A DNA stretch of 20,000 nt from Chiloscyllium plagiosum. Taxonomy: Eukaryota. Below, in pieces: positions 9,592 through 20,000 of this stretch. A program made the position numbers and the translations under genes. Each line of letters opens with the position of its first letter. Within the stretch, counting starts at the first letter, position 1. The notes beneath the pieces were generated by a model. That model saw only the letters and a program-made list of their open reading frames with translations. It did not search any database and had not been told where the DNA came from. The stretch covers positions 62,843,401 to 62,863,400 of the forward strand of contig NC_057718.1 in the NCBI RefSeq assembly GCF_004010195.1, read 5' to 3'.

Positions 9592-9792
9592 CTCAGTCAA
9601 ACGAGGTATATGCAATCCTTTCCCATGATCTCCAGCTCCTTTTCTTGATTTACCAGGCCAAGTCCTTTTCCTATGGCTGTCAGATATACCAGACCAGGCA
9701 TAGATATCGTGATAAGCCAGATCCAAGTCAACTGGATCAACTGCAAACTGGCACATTAGCTTCAGCAGACAAGCAAGGCAGTCCAGCTGCCA
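9592..9792 (-). CDS. USP34: USP34 internal coding exon, WQLDCLACLLKLMCQFAVDPVDLDLAYHDIYAWSGISDSHRKRTWPGKSRKGAGDHGKGLHIPRLTE
   Basis: Acceptor atattcccag|TGG; 201 nt, 67 codons; overlaps ORF 9574..9756. Ends at GAG|gctagt (GC donor), which keeps frame and colinearity with the next exon. Confidence 0.93.
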
Positions 9793-10429
9793 CTGGGAAT
9801 ATGCAAGATAGTAACTAAATCAAACTCAATTTTTAAACACTGTTTGAAAAAATAGCATCAGTATTGGTCTTCTAAAGAAAGCAAACAGGTCAGTATAAAC
9901 TTCTATTTAGAAGCGATGCACTAAACTATTACCAGTAAAAACAAAATCAACAATAAGATTTTCTCTATTACCCATGCTGAAAACATTTCATATAAATGAA
10001 CATACAACTATTAGCCATAATCTGAACTTAAAGCAGTTGCAAATGATTCTGGCTTGTATCCCAACATGCTCCATTCAACACACACACAATATTTCAAAAC
10101 CCAATTTAGGGGAAAGATTGAATGTAATTTTCACAACCAGTTGCAGTTTTTGACTGAATTGCTACACTGCAATCACCAATTTATGGCTCTATTTTGCCAT
10201 AATCTTCTTCTAGTTTATAATTCAATTAGTGTTTAATGTCCTACAACACAAGTCTTGCTTTACTATTTTAAAACTAACACTGACAACCTTTGAGATCAAA
10301 GGGTTAGTTATGATTTAATCACAGATGTGTTAAAACACTGTCCTTTAAACTGTAGTATCAGCATTCAAATCCAGACAGGTTAACGAGCCAAAAAAAAAGT
10401 ATCTTTCTGTAAATGCAAGAGTTTAACTT

Positions 10430-11305
10430 ATTTTTGTTCACTCATGGGATGTGAGCATTGTTGGCTGACCAGCGTTTATTGCCTATCCCTAGTTGCTCGA
10501 GAAGATGGTAGTGAGCTGCCTCTTCAACTGCTGCAATTCATGTGCTGTAGGCAGACACAGCAGCATTAGGGAGGGACTTCCAGGATTTTGACCCAACCAC
10601 ACTGAAGAAACAGCAATATATTTTTAAGTGAGGATGGAGAGTGGCTTGCAGGGGAACTTGCGTGGGTAGTGTTCCCATGATGTGCTAGATGAAAGTGGTC
10701 ATGAGTTTGGAAGATGTGTGAGGAGATTTGGTAAATCTTTGCAGTGGATGATACACATTGCTGCTGTAGTGTCAGTTGTTGGAGGGAGTGAATGTCCATG
10801 GATGTGATGCCATAAATAGACTGTTTTTGTCCTGGATGCCGTCAAGCTTCTTGAGTGCTATTGGAGCTGCACTCTTCCAGGCAAGCAGGGAGCAATCCAT
10901 CACACTCCTGACTTGAGCTTTGCAGATGGTGGCCAGACTTTGGTAGTCAGGTGGTGAGTTACTTGCTGCAGGATTTTTAGCCTCTGATCTGCTTTTGTAA
11001 TTGTAGTATTCATATAACTGGTCCAGTTCAGTTTCTGAACAATGATAGCCCCCAAGGTGCTGATAGCTGGGATTCAGTGATGGTAATGACATTGAATAGT
11101 ATGGGGTGATGGCTCGGTTCTCTCGAGGAGTTAAGAACATTACACAATCAATACTGAACACCCCACTTGTGACCTTGTGATGGAGGGAAGGTCATTGATG
11201 AAGTAGTTCAAGATGGTTGGGCCTAGGACACTACTCCTGCAGAAAGATCCTGGAACTGAGATGACTGACCTCCAACCACAATAATCATCTTCTTTTGCAC
11301 CAGGT
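10430..11305 (-). mobile_element. Degenerate L2/CR1-group LINE 3' portion (RT remnant and 3' UTR)
   Basis: Minus strand gives SVLGPTILNYFINDLPSITRSQVG and LATICKAQVRSVMDCSLLAWKSAAPIALKKLDGIQDK; 3' end ...tagggataggcaataaacgctgg...catcccatgagtgaacaaaaa. Confidence 0.8.
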
Positions 11306-11344
11306 CAGAGAAAGTGGAGAAGGCTGGCTGAATTACAACATATA

Positions 11345-11480
11345 AAAGGCATCCAGATGGATACATGAATTGGAAGGGTTTAAAATGGAATGGGCCAAAT
11401 GGGACTAGATTAATTTAAGATATCTGATCGCATGGACTAGTTGGAACAAAGCGTCTGTTTCCAAGCTGTACAGCTCCACA
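11345..11480 (+). mobile_element. CR1 3'-end fragment (related to family A)
   Basis: ggcatccagatggatacatgaattggaagggttt...gggactagatt...gtctgtttccaagctgtaca is colinear with 6640-6780. Confidence 0.75.
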
Positions 11481-11489
11481 ACTATTACA

Positions 11490-12110
11490 GTTTTCTGTTT
11501 GACAGTCTTCGAACGGATCCAGGTGTTGAAGCAGGTTTCAGGGTATGACGCAATGACTATGTTACGGCATGTTACAAATTTGAAAACAGCAGAGAGTGCA
11601 AGACAGGAAGTGGATAGGATTCTGATTGAATCAAGACTAATGATTACTGTTATTTTTTGCCACATGATGACCAACCACCTAAGACAGCACTTTTCCCAGA
11701 TTCCTTCCACGAAGGCTGTTCAACAGTCTGCATTTTTGCCAACAAAGCCAACACAATATGCGTACTTAGACAGTCATAAAGAAGCATCAGCAAATTTGGC
11801 CAGTACATTCCTGAGAGTTGTTCAGCTTCTACAGATGATTTTTTACCCCCCCACCCAAGTCCCTGCAGCACCTGACTTCCCTTACCCTCTATAAACATAG
11901 TATCTCTTTACTGGCTTCCCCCAAGAATGTTTAAAGAGCTGCAAGAAATAAGTCTTTGTGGATTCTGTGCCATAAGGATTGTCAGGATTCAACTGAAGGA
12001 GGTTCTCAGAACATGTATCTTATTGATGGTAAATAACCAGCTTCAAAAGTGAAATGGCTGCTGATGAATCCATCTCAATAGTGACTGGATGGCTCCCAAA
12101 AATGAGTGGA
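11490..12110 (-). mobile_element. Highly decayed Gypsy pol (protease region) remnant
   Basis: Minus strand gives GSHPVTIEMDSSAAISLL (aspartic-protease-like, about 12045-12097) and LRNVLAKFAD (about 11785-11815). No LTRs identified; limits uncertain. Confidence 0.45.
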
Positions 12111-12564
12111 ATGTAACACTATATTGACTAAAGTGAAGTTTACTTTTCTATTAGAATAACAATATTTTTAGTTATTTTAAAACATTAAGTGTAATAAATT
12201 ATGAAATCTTTGACCAGTAGTTTCCTTCCCCTTGGCATCAGAATGATTCTTTTATTTTTGAATACTCATTGGCTAGGAATATCATAATATGATTAATTCA
12301 AAAATGTTTGATTTAATAAAACAACACCTTATTCTCACTATCAATAATTGAAGTAAAATATTTCAGAATTTGATTCCTTCATTAAAACCAAGAAACAGGT
12401 AAGGACAATGAAGACAAGAATAACAAAGATATTCACAAAACTACAAGTAGAACGGCAAACATATAGGAATACCACCAGCTGCAAATTGCTCTTCAAGCCA
12501 CACATCTGACAAAAAAAAAATTGATCAGTGAACATACTGACTGATATGATTCAAACAAGTGGCT

Positions 12565-12655
12565 CACCACCACCCTTTCGGATGCAGTTAGGGATGGACA
12601 ATGAATGTTCGCCTTACCAGTGGTGCTTTCACCCCACAAAGAAATGTTTTAAAAT
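12565..12655 (+). mobile_element. 3' tail fragment of the same L2/CR1-group family as 10430-11305
   Basis: gcagttagggatggacaatgaatgttcgccttaccagtggtgct...accccacaaagaaatg resembles the reverse complement of 10435-10500. Confidence 0.55.
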
Positions 12656-12801
12656 GTCAATACTACATACACACATTTTTAGTAACAAGATATTTTCATA
12701 TCATTGTTTAATTCTGTTGTAGATTTACCTAACAAAAATAACCATTAATAAAAAAAATCTGTGAAAGGTACACACAATAACTAAAACATGGGGACACTTA
12801 C

Positions 12802-12888
12802 CACAGTCCAGGATTCTTGCTCTTTGGGCTCCAGAATCCCTGACAGAAAAATTTCCAACAGTTGCTGAAGTCCGCCAGCAGCAACAAA
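12802..12888 (-). CDS. USP34: USP34 internal coding exon (first in window), FVAAGGLQQLLEIFLSGILEPKEQESWTV
   Basis: Minus strand reads tccatgttttag|TTTGTT...ACTGTG|gtaagt; 87 nt, phase 0/0. Translation matches recalled vertebrate USP34 (FVAAGGLQQLLEIFNSGILEPKEQESWTV) and joins in frame to the next exon. Confidence 0.95.
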
Positions 12889-13989
12889 CTAAAACATGGA
12901 GAACATTACAAATTAGCTTTAGTTGATGAAAATGAGGTTTGATACTTGTACTGGAAAAATTCTGGCCATCATTTCTTCTGCAGAAAGTTCCACCTTCGCA
13001 CCACTCCCATTCTTTGACAAACCTCAAATTAGAATTGGTGCTGGCATTTATTAACTGTTCTCTGTAATGTAACATGTAGCAATTGGCTCCTTTGCCCTTA
13101 AATTTGAAAGCAAATTGAAACCATACAAGAATCTACAGCATGAGCATGCCATGGGGCCCATGTGCTGGGATCTGTCTTCCACATGATCAACGTACAATTC
13201 AAATTTAAATACGTTTAAATAAATTCAAAAGCCTTGAAACACCGTACTTCCCATCTGCACCAGACATTGATTTTGTCTCAGGTTTTTATATCCATTAACA
13301 CGGATATCTAATAATATCTTCTTATTTAACAGAAGAACATTTTGGCAAACAGTCTAATTTATTGATTTGGAATTTGCTAATCTCTTTGGGGGGGGGGGGG
13401 GGGTTAAACTAATTCAGCGGGGGGGGGGAACCTAAATTGTAGCTCCAGTGTACAGGAGGTGGGTGAGAGTGGTAAGGTCAGAAATGAGGTTTCAAGGTTA
13501 CAAGAGTTCACTGGCAAACAGGAAGGTGGTTTGAAGTGTGTCTACTTCAACACAAGGAGCATCCGGAATAAGGTGGGTGAACTTGCAGCATAGGTTGGCT
13601 CGTGGGACTTCGATGTTGTGGTAAGTTTGGAGACATGGATAGAGCAGGAACAGGAACGGCTGTTGCAGGTTCCAGGATTTAGTGGTTTCAGTAAGAACAG
13701 ACAAGATGGTAAAAGAGGAGATGGTGTGGCATTGTTAGTCAAGGCCAGTATTACAGTGACAGAAAGGACATTTGAGGACTCGTCTACTGAAGTAGTATTG
13801 GCTCAGGTCAGAAACAGGAAAGGAGAGGTCACCCTGTTGGGAGTTTCTATAAGCCTCTGGATACTTCCAGAGAATTAGAGGAAAGGATTGCAAAGATAAT
13901 TCTGGATAGGAACGAGTGTAACAGGGTAGTTGTAATGGGGGACTTTAGCTTTCCAAATATTGAGTGGAAATACGATAGTTTGAGTACTT

Positions 13990-14159
13990 TAGAGATGTCA
14001 AGCATGGAAACAGACCCTTCAGTCTAACTCATCCATGCCGACCAGATATCCCAACCCAAACTAGTCCCACCGGCCAGCACCCGGCCCATATCCCTCCAAA
14101 TCCTTCCTATTCATATACCCATCCAGATGCCTTTTAAATGTTGCAACTGTAGTAGCCTC
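13990..14159 (-). mobile_element. Short 3' fragment of CR1 family A nested inside CR1 family B
   Basis: Reverse complement of about 6612-6785 (ATFKRHLDGYMNRK...GRWD*), interrupting the host endonuclease; TSD-like tttaga/ttcaga (13988-13993, 14160-14165). Confidence 0.9.
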
Positions 14160-14713
14160 TTCAGATGGGTCAGGTTTTGTCAAATGTGTGCAGGATGGCT
14201 TCCTGACACAGTATGTAAACAAGCCAACAAGGGGTGAGGCCACATTGGATTTGTTCTAGGTAATGAATCCAGGCATGTGTTAGATTTGGAGGTAGGTGAG
14301 CACTTTGGTGATAGTGACCACATTTCGGTTAAGTTTACTTCAGCGATGAAAAGGGATAGATATGTACTGTAGGACAAGAGTTATAGCTGGGGGGAAGGCA
14401 ATTACGATGTGATTAGGCAAGAGTTAGGATGCATAGGATGGGGAAGGAAACTGCAGGGGATGGACACAATTGAAATGTGGAGCTTATTCAAGGAACAGCT
14501 ACTGCGTGTCCTTGTTAAGTATGCACCTGCCAGACAGGCAGGAAGCGGTTGAGCAAGGGAGCCATGGTTTAGTAAAGAGTTGAATTTCGTGTCAAGAGGA
14601 AGGCAGCGGCGGCTTATGTTAGGGTGAAACATAAAGGCTCAGTTAGGACATGCGAGAATTACAAGTTAGCCAGGAAATACTTAAAGAGAGAGCTGAGAGA
14701 AGCCAGGAGGGGT

Positions 14714-14948
14714 CATGAGGAATCGTTGGCGGATAGGATCAAGGAAAATGTAAACCTTTCTATAAGTATATCAGGAATACAAAAGAAAGATGAGAGCCAA
14801 TCAAGGATAGTAGTGAGAAGTTGTGCATGAGGAATCGTTGGCGGATAGGATCAAGGAAAATGTAAACCTTTCTATAAGTATATCAGGAATACAAAAGAAA
14901 GATGAGAGAAAGATTAGGGCCAATCAAGGATAGTAGTGAGAAGTTGTG
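14714..14948 (+). repeat. Tandem duplication (112 and 123 bp) inside CR1 family B
   Basis: Copies 14714-14825 and 14826-14948 are identical by eye except for 11 bp (aaagattaggg) missing from the first. Confidence 0.92.
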
Positions 14949-16611
14949 TATAGAGTCCGAGGAGATAGGAGAAGCGCAAAATTAATACTTTCCATCAGTA
15001 TTCACATTGGAAAAAGACAATGTTGTTGAGCAAATACTGAGATACTGGCTACTGGACTAGAAGGGATTGAGGTTCACAAGGAGGTGGTGTTAGCAATTCT
15101 GGAAAGTATGAAAATAATTAAGTCCCTTGGACTGGATGGGATTTATCCTAGGATTTTCTGGGAAGCCAAGGAGGTGATGGCAGAGTCTTTGGCTTTGATG
15201 TTTATGTCATCATTGTCTACAGGAATAGTGATAGAAGACTTGTTCAAGAAGGGGAGTAGAGACAATCCTGGTAATTATAGACCTGTGAGCCTTATTTCAG
15301 TTGTGGGTAAAATGTTGGAATAGGTGATAAGAAATAAGATTTATAATCATCTAAAGAGGAAAAGGTTGACTGGGGATAGTCAACATGGTTTTGTGAAGGG
15401 TAAGTCATGCCGCTCAAACCTTATTGAGTTCTTTGAGATAGTGACCAAACAGGTGGATGAAGGTAAAGTGGTTGATGTGGCGTATATGAATTTCACTAAA
15501 GCATTTGATAAGGTTCCCCACAATAGGCTATTGCACAAAATACAGAGGTATGGGATTGAGGGTGATTTAGCAGTTAGGATCAGAAATTAGCTTGCTGAAA
15601 GACGACAGAGGGTGGTGGTTGATGGGAAATGTTCATCCTGGAGTTCAGTTACTAGTGGTGTTCCGCAAGGATCTGTTTTGGGCCCACTGTTGTTTGTCAT
15701 TTTTATAAATGACCTACATGAGGGCTTAGGAGGATAGGTTAGCAAATTTGCGGATGACAGTAAGGTCAGTGGAGTTGTAGATAGTGCCAAAGGATGTTGT
15801 GGGTTACAGAGGGACATAGATAAGCTGCAGAGCTGTGCTGAGAGCCGGCAAATGGAGTTTAATGTGGGAAAGTGTGAGGTGATTCACTTTGGAAGGAGCA
15901 ACAGAAATAAAAAGAGTACTGGGTTAATGGTAAGATTCTTGGTCGTGTAGATGTGCAGAGAGATCTTGGTGTCCATGTACATAGACCCTGAAAGTTGCCT
16001 CCTAGGTCAGTAGGGTTGATAAGGAGGCATATGGTGTGTTAGCTTTTATTGGTAGAGGGATTGAGTTTCAGAGCCACGAGGATACGCTGGAGCAGTACAA
16101 AACTCTGGTGCGGCCGCACTTGGAGCACGGTGTAGGAAGGATGTGGAAGTTTTGGAAAGGATTCAGAGGAGATTCACCAGGATATTGCCTGGAATGGAGG
16201 GAAGGTCTTACGAGGAAAGGCTGAGGGACTTGAGGCTGTTTTCATTAGAGAGAAGGTTGAGAGGTGACTTAATTGAGACATATAAGTAATTAAAGGGTTA
16301 GATAGGGTGGACAGTGAGAACCGTTTTCCTCAGATGGTGATGGCTAGCATGAGGGGACATAGCTTTAAATTGAGGGGTGATAGATATATGATAGACATCA
16401 GAGGTAGTTTCTTAAAGTAGTAGGGGCATGGAACAGACTGCCTACAACAGTAGTAGACTCGCCAAATTAAAGGGCATTTAAATGGTCATTGGACAAACAT
16501 ATGAATGAAACTGGAATAGTGTAGGACAGAAGGGCTTCAGATTGGTTCCACAGATTGGCACAACATCAAGGGCCGAAGGGCCTGTATTACGTTGTAATGT
16601 TCTATGTTCTA

Positions 16612-16875
16612 AAGTATAAAACAGTAAACTGGCAAGCAATATTAAAGGACAGCAAGTGTTTCCACATATAAATAAAAAAGATTAGCTAAAGTAAATATTG
16701 TGCCATACAAGACGTGGCTCGGAAATAATTAAAAAAACCATCAAAATGGTGGAGACTTTGAACTAATTTTTGTATCAAAGCAGAAATTCCAGGAGTAAAA
16801 GGGAGAGGGTAAGAATTTAAAACAAAGAAATACCATGAAAATTAAGGGCATGAACAGCTGGTAAATCCTTCATGG
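16612..16875 (+). mobile_element. Old, highly decayed CR1 ORF2 linker fragment
   Basis: Broken frames resembling ...SKLASNIK..SK.F..YI...RLAKVNI.P...KMVETLN.F.S... of CR1 ORF2. Confidence 0.5.
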
Positions 16876-16922
16876 CGTGTCAGAAATGGTATGTATTAAA
16901 TGAAGTAGCTGCAGAGCTCAAA

Positions 16923-17092
16923 TATCTGCCACTTCTCAGCCCATTGGCCCATCTGATCAAGATTCCGTTGTAATCTGAAGTAACCTTCTTTGCTGTCCAC
17001 TACACCTCCAATTTTGGTGTCATCTGCAAACTTACTAACTGTACCTCTTATGCTCGCATCCAAATCATTTATGTAAATGACAAAAAGTAGAG
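16923..17092 (-). mobile_element. CR1 family A RT fragment
   Basis: [55 protein letters not shown]; colinear with 19069-19237. Confidence 0.9.
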
Positions 17093-18285
17093 GAAGTCTG
17101 GGACAGACCTTGTGCCCAAGCAGATGGCAGACGTTGAATAGCAACTGGAACCTTGTGGGGAGGCAGTCAGTTTAAGAGGGAGAAGCCAGAGTTCTGAACT
17201 GGGTTTTGGACTGTTTTCTCAATGGAGAGGAGTCTGGCTTTTGATGCAACAGCATGAAGACTTGAAAGCTCCCTGCATAACCTCCAATTATCAGCTACCG
17301 AAAGTTTCAGATAGTAGAAACAAAGTTTACAACTGACTGCCTCTGAATGCTTGATTGAGGTCTTCAGAAAAATAAACCAAGAATCATTATTGAGTCTGGA
17401 ATAACACAACAGGAAAACCATTTTAGTAATCTGGCTTGATTGTTATTGTCTTTTATTTATCCTTAACGGTGTTTGTCTGTCTTGTGTGTGAATGGGGCTG
17501 GAAACAAAAATGACTGGGTAAATCATAGACAATTAGATGACGTTGTTGCTTAATTTTACTGTGCTAAAATTACTGTATCATTAATAAATTGCTAAATATT
17601 GTATTTAAGCTATAAGCTAGTGTTACAAATTGATCATTCACAGATATGGGATTGGTTATTCAAAATGCCTGGATCTTTGAAGGTTTTCATTTTAATTTTA
17701 ACTGCATTGTGAATACAGAGGTAGAAAGACTGATTTGTTCTAGCTGTGTCCAAAATCGTAAAACCAGGTCAGAACAAACCAAAAGAAATCATCACCTAAC
17801 CTGCTTGAACGATATGTATGCAGTTGTTTCCACAGCTGCTGAGTGAAGGTGGGAGAGGTGTTTGGGAAAAGGGACAAAAATTGCAAGATTTAATATATAC
17901 ATATACAATCTATAGTAACTATGTTATTTTAACTATCTAAAGAATGCCTTACAAAAATTAACTTCAGCAAGGCAATGTTATTACATGATTGCATTGTCCA
18001 ATACAAAAAGTAGGAATGAAAAAGGAGCCCCTGAAAACCAAAGTATAACCCTTGAGAAGACTTCAAAAGGAGTTCTTGGGGAAAAAAAAAATTCCCAAAA
18101 TGGTAGTAATTTTTCAATATTCCCTAGAGTCTGGGCCAGTTGCAGCAGATTGAAAACCAAAATTGCAGAAGTCCTATTCAAGAATGAGAGGAAAGATAAG
18201 CAGGAAGCAGTGAAGCTGATGTTTGGAATCAATTATTAAGGGAGTAGCGGCAGTTCATTTGGAAACTCCGTAATCAAAATGGTTT

Positions 18286-19480
18286 TAGAGTCATAGAGAT
18301 GTACAGCACGGAAAGAGACCCTTCGGTCCAATTCGTCCATGCCGACCAGATATCCCAACCCAATCTAGTCCCACATGCCAGCACCCAGCCCATATCTCTC
18401 TAAACCCTTCCTATTCATATACGCATCCAAATGCCTTTAAATGCTGCAATCATACAAGCCTCCATCACTTCCTCTGGCAACTTGTTCCATACATGTACCA
18501 CTCTCTGCGTGAAAACGTTGCCCCTTAGGTCTCTTTTATATCTTTCCCCTCTCACCCTAAACCTATGCCCTCCAGTTCTGGACTCCCCCACCCCAGGGGA
18601 AGAGACTTTGGGTCCTATCCAAGCCCCTCATGATCTATAACGTCACCCCTCAGCCTCCGACGCTCCAGGGAAAACAGCCCCAGCCTATCCAACCTCCCCC
18701 TACAGCTCATATTCTCCAACTCTGGCAAAATCCTTGTAAAACTTTTCTGAACTCTCTCAAGTTTCACAACATCTTTCTGATAGGAAGGAGACCAGAACTG
18801 CATGCAATATTCCAAAAGTGGCCAAACCAATGTCTTGTATAGCTGCAACATGACCTCCCAATCCCTGTACTCAATACAGGAAAGCATACAAAATGCCTTC
18901 TTCACTATCCCATCCACCTGCGACTCCACTTTCAAGGAGCTATGAACCTGCACCCCAAAGTCTCTGTATTCAGCAACACTCCCTAGGACCTTACCATTAA
19001 GTGTATAAATCCTCCTAAGATTTGCTTTCCCAAAATGCAGCACCCCACATTTATCTAAATTAAACTCCATCTGCAACTTCAGCTCATTGGCCCATCTAAT
19101 CAGGATCCTGTTGTAATCTGAGGTAACCTTCTTCGCTGTCCACTACACCTCCAATTTTGGTGTCATCCACAAACTTACTAACTATGCCTCTTATGCTTAG
19201 ATCAAAATCATTTATATAAATGACAAAAAGCAGTGGACCCAGTACTGATCATTGTGGTATTCCACTGGTCACAGGCCTCTAGTCTGAAAATCAACCCTCC
19301 ACCATCACCCTCTGTCTTCTACATTTGAGCCAGTTCTGTATCCAGATGGCTAGTTCTCCACATATACCATGAGATCGAACCTTGCTAACCAGTCTCTCAT
19401 AGAGAACCTTGTCAAACGCTTGACTGAAGTCCACATAGATCATGTCTACCGCTCTGCCCTCATTAATCCTCTTTGCTACT
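18286..19480 (-). mobile_element. CR1 family A copy (RT to tail), interrupted at 19481
   Basis: Tail tagagtcatagagatgtaca at 18286; ORF 18615..19076 MEFNLDKC..LHFG..LLEYCMQFWSP; RT motifs; breaks off inside the EEVTKRINEG-equivalent segment. Confidence 0.95.
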
Positions 19481-20000
19481 TAGAGGTATTGAGATGTACA
19501 GCATAGAAACAGACCCTTCGGTTCAACCCGTCCATTCCGACCAGATATCCCAACCTAATCTAGTCCCACCTGCCAGCACTTAGCCCATATCCCTCCAAAC
19601 CCTTCCTATTCATATACCCATCCAAATGCCTCTTAAATGCTGAAATTGTACCAGCCTCCACCACTTCCTCTGGCAGCTCATTCCATACACGTACCACCCT
19701 CTGCGCGAAAACGTTGCCCCTTAGGTCTCTTTTATATCTTTCCCATCTCACCCTAAACCTATGCCCTCTAGTTCTGGAGCCCCCCGACCCCAGGAAAAGA
19801 CTTTGCCTATTTACCCTATCCATGCTCCTCATAATTTTGTAAACCTCTATAAGGTCACCCCTCAGCCTCCGATGCTCCAGGGAAACCAGCCCCAGCCTGT
19901 TCAGCCTCTCCCTATAGCTCAAATCCTCCAACCCTGGCAACATCCTTGTAAATCTTTTCTGAACCCTTTCAAGTTTCACAACATCTTTCCGATAGGAAGG
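19481..20000 (-). mobile_element. Second CR1 family A copy (3' end), continuing beyond the window
   Basis: New tail starts at 19481; ORF 19560..19979 LERVQKRFTRMLPGL...RVVRVWNELP...GRWD*. Confidence 0.95.

Larger units (their letters stand above)
13388..16611 (+). mobile_element. CR1 LINE (family B): end of ORF1, near full-length decayed ORF2, and tail
   Basis: Endonuclease N-terminus LKCVYFNTRSIRNKVGEL...[35 protein letters not shown] (15747-15758); tail ...taatgttctatgttcta. Many stops and frameshifts. Confidence 0.95.

Noticed and set aside
11499..11894. 131-aa plus-strand ORF
   Set aside because: No recognisable motif; antisense to a decayed Gypsy remnant.
12722..12760. Recursive splice site-like ttatttttgttag|gtaaat on the gene strand
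   Set aside because: Only about 73 nt from the real donor in a 3-kb intron; expected by chance in T-rich DNA.
1..20000. CRISPR array, rRNA or prokaryotic-type system
   Set aside because: No regularly spaced repeats or operon structure; the sequence is vertebrate intron/exon DNA.

Overview
Eukaryotic vertebrate genomic DNA. The repeat content (two CR1 families with (TCTATGAC)n/(TCTATGT)n-type tails, an HE1-like V-SINE, Penelope-type hairpins) suggests a shark; that taxonomic call is inference. The window lies inside the ubiquitin-specific protease gene USP34 on the minus strand. Six internal coding exons (12888-12802, 9792-9592, 9479-9397, 8586-8546, 7502-7378, 7237-7085; 690 nt, 230 codons) splice into one stop-free frame. 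It matches my recall of vertebrate USP34 just N-terminal of the catalytic domain (FVAAGGLQQLLEIF...WQLDCLACLLKL...GLHIPRLTE|VFLGLVHG...LPDAQALKPVR). One intron requires a non-canonical GC donor. The introns are filled with decayed transposable elements: several CR1 LINE copies (two nested), an L2/CR1-group LINE, nested SINEs, a Harbinger-like MITE, and a short non-autonomous Gypsy (Mag-like) LTR element with a 5-bp TSD. A Penelope retroelement carrying a minimal hammerhead ribozyme motif is inserted in one LTR of that element. I found no convincing wholly new system. The best leads are the hammerhead, the GC-AG intron, and an in-frame exon block bracketed by inverted, roughly 90%-identical CR1 copies (possible circRNA).
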